From Phoronis australis (Eukaryota; Animalia; Phoronida), in NCBI GenBank assembly GCA_002633005.1, contig NMRA01000274.1, forward strand, positions 262,153 to 326,152: a DNA stretch of 64,000 nucleotides, written 5' to 3'. Positions 1 to 13,162 of the stretch are shown in pieces. The position numbers and the translations under genes were made by a program. The notes below the pieces were generated by a model. The model had not been told where the DNA came from, did no database searches, and saw nothing but the letters and a program-made list of their open reading frames with translations. Numbering within the stretch: position 1 is the first letter of the stretch; each line of letters opens with the position of its first letter.

Positions 1-1874
1 GTTTCATTGTATTAACTGATATGTTATTGTTCTTTTTGGTGCTGCTTGTTAGAGCGACATCTATTGTTAAAACCAAAGTTTATTTAAGGTTGATTTTCAT
101 TGAGGTTATTGACCTCCTAGGTAACTATTTATTGCTGAAATCTGAAGGATTCTTAATCGCTCGTAGACCACGTATTGCCTGCTGTTCACTCATTTGAGGC
201 TCGAGTAGTCTGACAACAGACAAAATAATGGGTTTGATTTTAAAGAAGAGACTATCAGTTAATTGATTACGAACTGGAAAAAAATCTGTGAATAGGTTTT
301 GACCTAATGTTGACGGTCCAGTATCATAAAGGAATTAATTTAGTAGAGAACCTTAGCAGAGATTTGAGCTGTTGCGATCTCTGTTTTGATTTTTGCACAA
401 TTTGTTACGTGGGGTGACCTTCAATATTTGTTTACCTCACTAAAAACTCGGCTCATTTCATGGCATATTATATTTTGTCAATAGATTTGTACATGAACCG
501 CGAGTGTCATCAATGCTGTTATCTCAAACATTGCTCCAACTTTCATTTATGTGAACCAAATCTATTACTGCATTAGCAATGACTTCATATCAATACAAAA
601 AATCATCTGCAAAAAGTGTTTGAAGCATGGTGGATAAGTGCTGTGCGCGTCCTGATACCAGACAAAAGACAATGGGAATACATAGCAATGAACAAGATTG
701 ATATCTGGATCTAGAAAATACCGTCACCTGCAGTTGACACCAGATAAGTTTTATCAACATGTAATGTAACTGAAAGTCTCTTACTTTAATATTTTTATTG
801 TTAGGCTGTTCTTTTTTAAGTTGTGGCCCGTGAGCTAACTTCTGGAATCTGTGGTAGTTATGTAGAAATACTAGCTGTTATGGGTGTGGTGCCTTTTTCT
901 ATTTCAAGGTGCTAGGTAGCTTTATCACTGCAGCTGTTGTATCTCATGGGGAAATGTTTGAACCAGTTGATGTGATGTGTAGTCTGATGAGTTTATTGTG
1001 TTAGCCTCTTTAGTACAAGATTTTAAAGACTTTGTATTGTCAATAGAATAGGGTAGAGGCAGAACTTTGTTAGTTTACCTGTTAGGGCTGTGTATTACAT
1101 ACAATAGGGGACTGTGTTTCTGAGAATATCAGTTTGAATCCCGTGTTCACCTATCTAGCGTGTCTGCTATGTATACTAACTGTTGTGAGCTTGTAGCTTG
1201 GATACAGTCCCTGTCCCAACCCCTTCACATGTCTATCTCTCCTGTGCCAGTTCTGGGAATACCAGCTCTTTCTGTACTTTGGAAACACTCCCTGGTTTGC
1301 TTGGTTTCTCAGTATACTTGCATACTTTGGCGCATACATCTGTAAAGCTGGGCCTATATCTGGAATTAGGCACATGTGCCCATATGTGGAACGCTTAAGT
1401 AAAATCGAGGACCAAATTTCTAAAGAATTATGTGAGTGAAACTCATCGCTTATCCATGACAAAATGACATTTTCATACATTCAGTTTAACATCATTATTA
1501 AAGAAAAAGTATGAGAATAAACAAAAAAACATACAGTTTAAGGCTGCACATGTGCAAGAGAAAGTTGCTGATTGTAGCTTAAGCAAAACACTTTGATAAG
1601 TGAAATATTTTCTTTAAAATTGACGCATGGCTTCAGATATGGGTGCGTGGGCCTAAATACACGCAAATACAAGATATGGATCTTTGCCACTCTACGTTGA
1701 CTAAGTTATTACTTGAAAGGAATCTTGGACCTGAGGTCCACTCAGTATTCTAGATCCATCTTCAAAGTCTCTCAGATTTAGTGTCATTCCAAAACTAACT
1801 GTTAGTCATAACTAGTTTGTTTTCACTATCGTTAATGTAAGCCAAATTCATGAAATATGTTTTGATATTTCTAG

Positions 1875-1968
1875 GATCCATGCCATATCTCTGGGTCAAG
1901 GCCAGGGACCTGTTGCCGAGAAACTGATCATGGCGGCAACAAAGAGTGGTGACTGGGTATTCTTACAG
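1875..1968 (+). CDS. DNAH6: Dynein heavy chain exon ([31 protein letters not shown])
   Basis: ctag| acceptor, CAG|gtaagc donor; below the ORF track cutoff. Confidence 0.92.
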
Positions 1969-4900
1969 GTAAGCATTACTGGTGGAAAGAAGGAAGGGAG
2001 ATAGTTATTGATTTGGTCATTGTCAGGTTTTAGTTTTCAGGAAGTTCTGTGGGCTTGTTGGCATTAGGCTCCACATCTGATTTGTCAACTAGAAAGCATA
2101 AAACAATACTTCTTTCTGGTTGGGATTACAAGATGCAATGGACGTTTATGACTGACTTCTTTTGTGTGGGAGTTGAGGGAAAAGAGGCTCACCTATTCGG
2201 AATCCACAAGGTTAAGAAAAGCATTTCCATTTGGGATACTTGCATGACTAAGAGCGGGGGGTATGGATCACAAAGAAGTGCTGTCCCTGACCTTGCGCAT
2301 AAGTTCAAAAGGACTCTTGCGTATGAATGACACTCATGATTTAGAACCGTCAGGAAATTTCTAAGCTATTATGCTTACCAATTACCGACTCCAAGCCCCA
2401 AATGAGTAATAAACACTTCCTGTTCGTGTCAACATTCTTTTCATGCCTGTTCATGTCTGCTCCCATGTTACTATCCTGTCTGTCTGTTCTTCCTCACAGA
2501 ATTGCCATCTGGCCCAGTCTTGGATGTTGGCCATGGAGAATCTTATTAAAGAGATAGGAGAGAAGCCGGATGATGTTCACGACGACTACCGCCTGTTCCT
2601 CAGTTCAATGCCTGCCAAACACTTCCCAGTCACCGTCCTTCAGAACAGTGTCAAGGTCACTAACGAGCCACCCAAGGGTATTCGTGCCAACACGCGCCGT
2701 GCATTCACTGAGATCACGCCCACCTACTTTGAGGAAAACAGTGAGTAGCTAATAGAATGTAATGAATGGGAACACTGAATTGACATTGCTGGCTCCTCCA
2801 GGTCAACCAACTAAGACATATGATTGGTTATTGATGACAACTTCCGGCTCACAATCCAGCGAGGTGTCTTTCATGATTGACTTGGCAAAACTGGCAAAGT
2901 CAATCAATTGCAGCCATTGTTTTTGATTATAATGAATTGGATATTTAAAGGACTGGTGCAGTTAAGCCTTATTTAAAAATTTAGATTTAGATCACTGTAT
3001 CAACTTGTAGAAATTTTTGAAAACTATATTTTTTGATTTTTATCACGACCTCTGGTTTCATTGTTATTTTTTCACAGGTATTGGTTTATCACAACATCTA
3101 TATGTAGGTTCTTGCTAATAGTGGTACAATACTTTACTTATTGCTGATGCGTGCAATTTGCTTTAAAAAATTGTCAAATTTCTAAACAAATTATTAGACG
3201 ATTCCATTTCTTCATTAACACAATTCGTGCTGTTTTGTATTTGTCACAGAACAACAATTGGTGAATTTTTATTCATTTATAACATTGCAGTCTGCATCTA
3301 AAGGGAGTACGAAGTAACTGAAAATTAACACGTTACGTGAAAATACCTCCTGACGTATTATAGGGACTTTGACTGAGATTCAGTCAAAGGTTATGATGTT
3401 TAACTTATTATGACATCTTATGCAGCATCATCTTAAGAGCCAATTTTGTGTCAATGTCACTTTTGAGCTTTCTCGAGTCTGGAAGTTAGCACCTCCAATG
3501 TTTTGTGAAATGCATTTGATCTAGACTTATGAAATGAGTTTTCTGAAAAAGTTATTGTGCTCACTTTCTACTGAACTGGACCAACACATTTTTTGAGACT
3601 TTTAGGAAATCTCATTTCATGAGAATACATTATGATGGAGTTATTGATTTGCAATTCATGCTTAGTTTTATTTATATCTGACTTTATCTCTGCAGAAGGC
3701 TTTAATTATTTGTGGCCTCACCTCCACGCCCTAGTAGAGCTGTATCTTTGTGGTTTCAGTTCTTGGCCTCAGGTGGCGCCGCGTTGTCTTTGGCCTTTGC
3801 TTCTTCCATGCTGTTATCTTGGAGCGTAAGAAGTTTGGCCCACTCGGGTGGAACATCCGTTATGAGTTCAGCGACAGCGACCGTGAGTGCGCCTTGCTTA
3901 ACTTGCAGATGTTCTGTGCGGACCACGGCGACTTTCCCTGGGACACACTGTTCTACATTACGGGAGAGGTGAGTGAACTGACATCTCTTGGGTTTTTTAA
4001 TTTTACAGTATGGTAAATATTGCCATAATGATTGCATTTGTGTATGGCTAGTGGCCATTGTGCTACTGACTTAATACATATTTATTGTTGTCAACTTATG
4101 TCATCTAAACCAATGGCAGTGATACATTTTATCAAATTTCTCAACAAAATTTTGGTTTTGTCTTTAGTATGGTTTGTACTGAAAAGTTATCACAACACAA
4201 AATTTTGGTAAAATTTTTAGCATTTTAATTGCTATGTAATCACCCTTTCAAAAATTGCTATTTTGTTAGTTGCTGTTGTGTGACATTGAAGAGAGATTAC
4301 CGTAGCATAAAGGTACGTCACTGTCATGAATGACCTCATCTAGAACTTTATACAACAATATGAGCAATTAGCCATCGATGTGTAAATTTTTTGTGTCTAA
4401 AAATTCCGGAATTCAACATATCATTTTATCTCATAAACTTTCATAGCTTGTCAGATGGAATTTCATAGCTAGTCTTAACATTTATTGCAGATTACATATG
4501 GTGGCCGCGTCACCGACTCCTGGGATCAGCGTTGTCTACGAACTGTTCTCAGACGGTTCCTGGTTGAAGAGACACTTGTGCCAGACTACAAGTACTCCGA
4601 GTCTGGCATCTACTACGCTCCTCCCTTTGACTCACTGAATGAATACCGTCAGTACATCGACAGTCTGCCATTGATTGATGAGCCAGAGATCTTTGGACTG
4701 CATCAGAATGCTAGCATCTCTTTCCAGGTTGGTACTTTCGTACAAAAAATTCACAACCGTTTGCTGTCGGAGGGGTTGTGCTTGACGATTTGTCAAGACT
4801 GTCTTACCTGTGGTGAAACTGGAACACTGTGTCTGCGTCTTAATTTCCTTCAATTTCTATTTTGTCTTGTATGAATGTGAAAATGATTTTGCTTTGAGAC

Positions 4901-7900
4901 CGTATGGATAGGTATTTAGTACATGTTACTTCTGTAACTAATATAATCTTTTGAGTCATCATTCTCAAACAAAATAGTGCCTTAAATTTGTTTTCCAACA
5001 AAAACTGATGAACCATTTTGAAACATGAGTGATGGTAAGTTACCTGTTTGGAATCTGATGAGCCTTTGGATCGCATAGCTTTCGGGACCTACTGGAGCCG
5101 GCTTATTCAGCACTGAAAGCTGTGCGATCCAAATTCTCACCAGACTCTGAACAGGTACTTTACTATCACTCATTCGTATTAATGGAGTCGGATAGTGAAC
5201 ATTGTTTCCACCATATTGAAACACTTTTCTGTTTCTGCCAAGCTGTAGTAAAACTTTCTTAACATTCCTCACAATTTTGGTTACGGAAATAACTTCTCAC
5301 TCTCACACTGCCATTAAATGCATCCTATCATTATGTGCTTTTGTGTTTTTCAGACCCAGGAGACCCTGTTTTTCATCAACACAATCCTCGAGGTTCAGCC
5401 ACGTATGAGTGGTGGTGGGTCAGGCAAGTCCAGCGATGAGATCGTCTATGAGTTGGCTGAAAGTGTCCTAGCCAAACTATTCGACAAGCTGGATGTTGAC
5501 GAGGCTAATCCGGCCATGTTTGAGGTCTGTATAAAAGAATGTACATTAACATGTTGCTTGGCAAAGCTTATCAATAAGTCATCTTATATTTAATTCTAAG
5601 CTTGAATTATTTTGCCATCTGAAAAACTATTGCTGTGCAAGCTTGGGTGATATAGACAAATCTTGAATAATATTTTCAACTTTTAAGTTTTTAAATCGTA
5701 TTTTCATGTGAGAGTTAATGGTTGCCAGTAACCGTTGTTCTAGCTTGGTCATTTTAGTGGTATACCGTTGGATTGTTTTGAACATGATAACGCAGGTAAA
5801 AATTTGTTATTGCATCACTAGCTGCTGCCTTTTCGTGCATGAATTATGAATTTCTTATTCAAAATTTTATAGGGCAGTTTTATGGGTTGAATGCCAGGCT
5901 GTGGTCAAATGGTGTAGTGTTTTGATTTATTTATTGTAATATTTAAAATGAGGGTGACCTCTTCAGTGATAGCATTGCTTTCCAAGAGGGGCTTCAATCT
6001 TATTTTTTGATATAAACAGATTTTGTGATGTTGTGTTTGCAACACACTCAGAAGTATTTCTGTTTCTTTTCAGCCGGATGCCAAAGGTCGCTTAAACTCG
6101 CTGACCACCGTGCTGACGCAGGAAGTAGATCGCTACAACAAGCTGCTGCGTGTGATCAAGAATTCTCTAAACCAGCTCCTGAAAGCCATTAAGGGGTTTG
6201 TGGTGATGAGTGATCAGCTAGAGGCCATTTACACGGCCTTCCTCAACAACCACGTTCCCACTATGTGGGAGAACGCTGCCTACCCATCACTGAAGCCTCT
6301 CTCCAGCTGGGTTGCTGACCTTGTCCTCCGCTGTGACTTCATTGACCACTGGATCAAGGGTGGCCAGCCGAGGTCGTTCTGGATCTCTGGATTCTTTTTC
6401 CCACAAGGTAAGCTTTTGAGTATTTTATTGCACTGTGTCATAACAAACCTTTGGACCTGTTGTTGCTCATTGGGCTCTGTGTATAGTATACAAGAATTGT
6501 GTGTCATTACGTTAAAGTTGTTTGTGGTGCAATTTTATTGTAGACATAGTGCGTAGGTTGAGTTCGGAATAACCCATCAATAATTGTTAACCTGTCTGTT
6601 GGTTTTACCGTGGAGACATCTCTGCTAGTATGTCGTCAATGCTTAATGTGCGCTCAAAATTCCCTGACCTATACCCTGGTAGCATACTTGGATGAGCCTG
6701 GTTAGTTTACTGCAGATCAAGGTTCTTGTGAGAAAGACAAGACCTTACAACATCCCGCTAGTGGAAGGCAAGAGTTTAGCAAGTAGGCACAGCTTATCCT
6801 GGCAAAATGGTTATGTATTGTGTTTACGGAACGCAACGCAGTGCGGGAGTCTTTGAAACTACTGTGAGTTGCCAGCTCATTTTCAATCCGTTTCCAGGCT
6901 TCCTGACAGGGACTTTGCAGAACCACGCCCGTAAATACAACCTGCCCATCGACCACCTGTTCTTCAAGTTCACACCCGTCAACGTCTACCGTCACCAAGC
7001 GGACGTGTCGGCCGCTATGAAGGACCTCAAGTTTGGAGAGGAAATGGAGATGGATAGATTAGTAAGGCTTCTGTTCTCATATGTTGTGCATAATGCAAAG
7101 TATAAAAGTACAGTTTGTTCAATTGTTCCTTTTAAATCCTTGATGTTGTAAGGGCATCACTCAAGACATTTGCCAAAGGATTTTTTGAACCACAGATTTT
7201 TTAGACTATAAACATTGCTGCGTATACTGCCTCCACCATTAATAATAGTAGTTGTTGAAAGAAAATTTTCAATGGCCAATTTAACTTTTTGTACATAGCT
7301 TTACTGTTTTAAAAGGATACCAAACCTGGTTTTGGCCTGTTAACATATGCTAAAAATGGCTTTCTCATCCAGTTCTCTGAAACAAATAATGCTCTGTAAC
7401 CCTCAGCATTTATCAAAAGTTTGGATGAAAATTTGAAAACTCCTTTCTAAGTCTGTTAAGAGGGCAAGAGTGACCTACACTTTTAGCAAATTTCACAGCA
7501 ACTATGGGAAAAGACCACCACCCACCAAGGACCACGATGTCCAGTCTGTAACATGGGGAGTATGAGTTTTTAATTGATTCCTGCCTTTAACTTGGAAGCC
7601 TGATGCCAATGATGCATTAGCAGGTGACAGTGCTTCTAAAAATCATCAAAACAGGGTTTGGTGTCCTTTTAAGTGTAAGTATTAGAGGACCACATTTTCA
7701 GACCATGCAACCTCCAGCTTTCTGACCACCGAAGTGTGGTCTTGTCAGTTCAGTTGTCAAGGAAACACAATGTGGATTTGACATACGGTAGTCATCTCAT
7801 GCACTTGCACAGTCATCTCAGTTCCACAATACCGAGCAGAATTGTCTTGTTCTATTTTGAAATCTTTTTTACAAATCTCTTATGGAAACAATACACTAAC

Positions 7901-10900
7901 AGGTGTTATCAATTCGTTACTCTAATTACAGTTACCCGCCATTGAGGATGGTGTCATAGTTCACGGTGCCTACATGGATGGGTTCCGCTGGGACATGGAG
8001 GCGATGACGGTGGCAGACTCTCTGCCTGGTGAGATGAACCCTCCATTGCCGTGCCTGCACATGGAGCCAATGATGGATTTTGAGCCAGATGAAGAAGACT
8101 ACATTGCCCCGCTTTACAAGACTGCTCTGCGTGCGGGTACACTGTCCACTACAGGTGCGTAATGCAGCGGGTGTGTGGGGCAGGGGGCGTTTGGCTGGAG
8201 TTTGGGGAGTGTTGTGGATAGCTGGAAGTTTTAATTGTGTGTGAGTTTGTTTACTGATGAATGATGTCAGAAAGCAAAATGGCATTGTGGATTTTGTAGG
8301 TGCAATTTATAAATCACATTTTGTATTGATTACTAGGGTCACCGGTGGCCCTTGAAAATTTGTTATTCTCAAAAAAAGTGGTGAAATACTTCATACCTAA
8401 TTAATGTCAGAAAATATTTCGCTCCAATCTTCATTAGTTTGTTGTTATTCGACATCGTGAAGAACTCGTTTTGCTTTCTGAAGCTTGTCAGTGAGTTTTA
8501 TCTTAACCTGAGTGCTAATTAGTAACCGTCATGCATGCTGTAGTCCCCAATTGAATATTTTTGAAATATAATTTGTCCTCTCAAGTACTTATTTTTAACA
8601 GATCATCAGTTTTTGATTATAGCCAAGACTTTCTTCACCATACTGCGTCTCTGTGCACTCTTTTGTTCGTCGTGACTAAACTGCACTTCTAATATGGTTA
8701 CCTAACAGCATGCTTGATTGATTTGAACCTTGTGTGTGCATACATAATCAGTGACAGTTTTACAAACCCATAGCAACTGCAGAGTAGCTGAATACGAGTA
8801 ACTCAGATTGAATGCTGTGATATTGTTTGCTGTGCACCTAACATGACTTGTGCCTTGAAGGGGTCAAAGTTCATAACTCCGCGGGCTTTCCCAAAGTAGG
8901 GATTGGTGGGGTCATCTTGGATAGGGGTTGCATCGTTTGGTATTTTCTTGGTTTTGTCATTTTCCTGGTGGCTTAAATACTGTTTTGGTTTGAATTTTGA
9001 CCACACCTACATGTCAACAAAGTTACCATAAGGTTAATTACCGTTAAGACCTGAAATGCATTTTTCGACCTTCTTGGGGTTACTCTGCATTCAGCAAGTG
9101 AATGCGAAATAGGAAAAAAAGGACTTCAAAGCACAAGTTGTTCACTCCTTCTAAGTGTGTGTATTGTATTAACCATCTGCTTGCAGGTCTATCCACAAAC
9201 TTTGTTGTGGCCGTTAACCTAGGGTCCTCACATTCGCACGATTATTGGATAGAGAAGGGTGCAGCTTTGATATGTGAGATAAGCCATTAGACATGTAAGC
9301 TCACTCAACAGTGGCGCTCAAAATCACCACACTCACCCCCTTACAGTTTAGTTCCCGACTGACCCTCATAGATGCATGGTACCACATTCCACCACTTATC
9401 TGAACACTGTCAGACTGTCGGCGGTGATGGCAAATTGACTTGTGAATGGAAAATTATTGCACCATGATAAAACTAAAACTATCCAGGATAGGGTTTCTCC
9501 TTAACCGATCTCTTACTTTCAAAGCTGCCATTTGTTTTTGTTTCATCTTCCAAGCACAAGTCAAGTTACCAAACGTTCTGCTTTCTGTTTCTCTTGCATA
9601 CTTGTCGTTTTCCTGTCTATGACTTCTTTAATTTTCACTCATAATTATGTAGTCTTTTTGTCTAATACAAAGAACTTAGCTTTGCTATATTAAAAGCATT
9701 GCTCTATGCTTTTTTGTGCGCCCACATACATGTATGTTGGTGGTTCCAGTCATCATCTCGTTAAGCGTCCACACATTCATTGTTGAACAGATCAGACAAC
9801 TGCTGCGCACCCTTGAGGCAATTTTGTATCTGCATGCTGCCAAATTAGAGGAAGGATGATTTTTTTTTCGTTAACTGCTGCGTTCTGAGGACAATTCTTC
9901 CAATGAATGGTTCCCCTTCAGTTTGCACCCACCTCCCATCTGATACCACATTAAAGATCTTGGTGAAAATCATCATCTATGTTTGTGTCGTAGAGTTGTC
10001 AGCAATACCAGTTCCGAGATATATTTGATAGGAGCGTCCCTCAGTGACGTTTTTGCCTATCGTTTAACTCATGAAGAGTCTTGGTGAAATTTAGCACATG
10101 TGATTTGGAGAAGAAAGAACCATAAGCTACTTGATAAGTCCCACTAGTGTTGTGCTCCCTTTCGACGAGTTTAATATTTTTTCAACTAATTTCTTGTTGG
10201 CAATTCTTACAGAGTCCCTCTGCAGGTTTAAATGAAACTGCAGTTTGAGATTCATTTACAATGCAATAGCATGAGCTTTTTCATTGATTCTGACTATTGT
10301 GACGACCCCTTGTGGCTGAATTTGGCATAAATGTTTCTCTTGGTAAGGTACCAGCTGGTATCACTTAATTGTTTAAGCGTGAGCATCCTTTGGTTGCATT
10401 CACTGACAATTTGAGATCTTTGTTTGCTTGAAGGTTATGAACAACCCTAGTAGCCTGCTACTTGTGATCTGCTAAGTGGACAAAACACTTTGCATTGCAC
10501 TTGTTTATTCTCATTATCAAATCGATCATTTAAGTTGGTCAGTAACGTAAGTATGGTGACCAAATCAGCAAGCCTGTCCTGTCTTGCTTTCAGAAATAGT
10601 TTCTTTTTCTTACACTATATGTTGTAACATTTCAGTTGTATTTTGCCGAGTTGCTGTTTCGTTCATCTCGACGTAAAGCCCCATACAGTGCCATCGTTGA
10701 AAAGCATTTGAACCACCGTTTTTAGTTCTCGTTTTGAGGATGGAGTTTTTTGATACGACGAGTTAGCATTCCAAATTACATGCAGTAAAACTAAGTTACC
10801 AAACCCCAGTTCATTGATTGCACCAATGGAAAGATTCATCAGTGTTCACTGTGTTTATTCCAGTTTCAAGTTCGCAATTTCAACTAGCTTTAGTTATGGC

Positions 10901-11192
10901 TGCATGGGGCATTAATATTTAACTGTCACTTTGTAATACCTCTGGTGTATTAACGTTTGTTTGTTAACTCCCTATAATTTCTTTAAAATATCCGTTGCCT
11001 AATGAATCGCGTATGGATTTTATTCCGTCAGTGTCCAGGCACAATTTCTATTAACATTGTTCCATGTTTGTCATTTCTTTTCGTGTAGGTCATTCAACCA
11101 ACTTCGTGGTGGCTGTTCATTTGCCCTCAAAGAAAAGTCAAGACTATTGGATATCGATGGGTGCAGCGTTGTTAACAGGCTTGTCCGAGTAA
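1875..11192 (+). CDS. DNAH6: Axonemal dynein heavy chain, DNAH6-like, 3' portion (AAA6 and C-terminal domain); gene begins upstream of the window
   Basis: Phase-consistent GT-AG exons: 1875-1968, 2500-2740, 3760-3968, 4491-4727, 5354-5524, 6074-6407, 6898-7061, 7932-8154, then 9187-9290 or 11089-11192. Dynein motifs [73 protein letters not shown] and GTLSTTGHSTNFV. The C-terminus resembles DNAH6 as recalled. Confidence 0.92.
2500..2740 (+). CDS. DNAH6: Dynein heavy chain exon (NCHLAQSWM...YFEEN)
   Basis: cag| acceptor, |gtgagt donor; within ORF 2443-2748. Confidence 0.93.
3760..3968 (+). CDS. DNAH6: Dynein heavy chain exon (LGLRWRR...YITGE)
   Basis: ttcag| acceptor, GAG|gtgagt donor. Confidence 0.93.
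4491..4727 (+). CDS. DNAH6: Dynein heavy chain exon (ITYGGRVTD...ISFQ)
   Basis: tgcag| acceptor, CAG|gttggt donor. Confidence 0.93.
5051..5147. repeat. Short imperfect inverted repeat (hairpin / mini-MITE) in a dynein intron
   Basis: Left arm tctgatgagcctttggatcgcatagctttc pairs with right arm gaaagctgtgcgatccaaattctcaccaga. Confidence 0.7.
5354..5524 (+). CDS. DNAH6: Dynein heavy chain exon (TQETL...AMFE)
   Basis: tttcag| acceptor, GAG|gtctgt donor. Confidence 0.9.
6074..6407 (+). CDS. DNAH6: Dynein heavy chain exon ([14 protein letters not shown]...FFFPQ)
   Basis: tttcag| acceptor, G|gtaagc donor. Confidence 0.93.
6898..7061 (+). CDS. DNAH6: Dynein heavy chain exon ([14 protein letters not shown]...MDRL)
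   Basis: tccag| acceptor, |gtaagg donor. Confidence 0.92.
7932..8154 (+). CDS. DNAH6: Dynein heavy chain penultimate exon (LPAIEDGV...GTLSTT)
   Basis: acag| acceptor, G|gtgcgt phase-1 donor. Confidence 0.92.
9187..9290 (+). CDS. DNAH6: Dynein terminal exon copy A ([34 protein letters not shown])
   Basis: ttgcag| acceptor, phase 1, 104 nt, TAG stop; ATTAAA at 9689 and 9950. Confidence 0.8.
11089..11192 (+). CDS. DNAH6: Dynein terminal exon copy B ([34 protein letters not shown])
   Basis: Pyrimidine tract and gtag| acceptor, phase 1, 104 nt, TAA stop; AATAAA at 11205, 11724 and 11869. Confidence 0.88.
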
Positions 11193-12054
11193 TTGGTACC
11201 ACTAAATAAACAGGCCAGTTTGTCCAAGATTGAGCGCATAGAACTTGACTCCTGTTGCTTCTTCACTCTGAATTTTTTAAAACGTATTAGCCTCGAGTAC
11301 AAGTTTTGTTTTTCTATATATTACAACACTCGTATTGTTTTAGTACAAAATAATTGGTTTTCAAGTGTTTTTAGTCATTTTATCTGATGTGAATTTCCTC
11401 CCTTGTCCACTTTGCAGTGCAGTGCGAGGTCATTGTACATTCCGTCCATCTTGATTTTATTGTGCTCCAATTTTTCTTGGTTGTTTTATGTAATAACATT
11501 ACAGCTTTACAAGTTGTTTTAGGTGCAGTGGAACACGTACTTTGTTTTAACATGAACAGAACTGATTGGAAAGTGTTTTAAGTTATGTTTTACTGCAGAT
11601 TAATTTAGAGTTTAATTTTTGTTGCTGATATTTTCCTGTCTGCATACGTATGTGGCCAGAGTACATTCCATTGAACATATTTTATTTTGCTCCAAATCTG
11701 TTCCGTTTTACTTGGTTGTTGTAAATAAAGAGTAGTTATCTATCTTCTAAAATGAATTCTGTGATATTTATGGTATTAATTTGTGTTAAAAGTTTTAATG
11801 AAGGAAATTCATTTATTTTTATGAAACAGAAATTGTTTACTGAACACTGTACAAAGTTTGCATTCTTTAATAAAAGAACATTATATATTAAGAATTGAGC
11901 TTTGTTCATTGCAAGAGTTACTTAGTTGTAGTAAACTTTAACCCGACGCAACACCATCTTTGAATCCATCCTTTTGCTACATGTTGTGAGGAGGGAGCTT
12001 TCGTTTCTTTTTTTAAAGTGACATAATCAGCAAGAAAAGTGATCTTCAGAGATC

Positions 12055-12127
12055 AGCCCCAGCTCAGATTTGAACAGGGATCCTTTGCAGTTGCAGCCAA
12101 ACCATCTGGTGGTTGAGCTAAATCTCG
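12055..12127 (-). repeat. Degenerate tRNA-like / SINE-head fragment
   Basis: Minus strand TAGCTCAA (A-box-like) and GTTCAAATC (B-box) at tRNA spacing; acceptor and D stems do not pair well. Confidence 0.4.
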
Positions 12128-13087
12128 CTCGATAAATGCCAAAGTAATTTAAGTGCATTTAACTGGTTAAGTCACTTGCATTGATTTTGGAGATTGTCTG
12201 GCACACAAGGGAGATAATTACAGAATTGTAATAAAATCACCAAACAGCATATTTTATTGGTTCAAAACTAGTCACTTTGTTCAACAATCCTAAAAAAGCA
12301 TTTTTCAGCCTTAGAAATGATAATGACCCTTTAAACGGATGTTTTACAATTCCTGTTTACCCATAACACTATTCGCTAAGTGGAGTTCACTGATTACTTC
12401 AATGACAGAGTCGCCACTACTAACGAAACTCATTTGAGTCACAAATTTATTACTTCTGCATAACTTAATTAGCACAGCATGGAACTTTTGAGATGCCCAT
12501 GTACATCCTGGGCTCACAACTAATGCAATTATTATGTTGGGACACGCCTGTATTTCAACGGGAATTCCTGATTTTGGAACTGTCAGAAGAAAATTCAGTT
12601 TCTAAAATAAGTCGTATAGTTTTGCATCTAGGGCGGAGCTCACACACAACAGTATGGACTTTTACGCATTAAACCATTTTACGCACACAGTGACATATTA
12701 TATGCACAAAGGATTGTGGGATATTGGTCATCCAAAGAACCAATACCATATGTTGAGGAAGATTAAAAATTTGTAGTGACTACTTGACTAGTACCATTTC
12801 AATAGACAAAACTTCAGTTTATCACATGTGCGAGTAAATAGGCATCATATACATGACTTCCTTGATTCTTGATTGATTCACTCGTACAAATCTAAGCGTT
12901 TTGCCTACCCACGAAAAGGCGAAATACAGACAGCTTCTTCTTGATCAGAAAAGAATTATCATGAATTTGATGCTTCACTTGGTTTGCGTATAGGTGTAAT
13001 TTAAGACAAGTCCGTCATTTGTCACTAATCCAAATAAACATCCAGTGGCGTCATTGCTTTTCCTTGAAATCACCTTTTCTGTGTTTG

Positions 13088-13162
13088 TCATGAGATCCCG
13101 CTAAACAAGGCAGAAGCCAATTCCTTCTTGCGACGCTCTTCATCAGAAATTTCCTTCTCAGA
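13088..13162 (-). CDS. AP4E1: AP4E1 last coding exon (SEKEISDEERRKKELASALFSGIS*)
   Basis: ttttag| acceptor, LASxLFxG motif, TGA at 13090-13088; minus-strand AATAAA at 12451 and 12258. Confidence 0.78.
   Translation of the reverse strand, partial: SEKEISDEERRKKELASALFSGIS

Noticed and set aside
5055-5090. CTGATGAG as a hammerhead ribozyme core
   Set aside because: No closing stem II followed by GAAA; the inverted repeat explains the sequence.
8803-9006. Minus-strand 67-aa ORF in a dynein intron as a possible continuation of AP4E1
   Set aside because: No resemblance to an adaptin appendage and no splice path from AP4E1.
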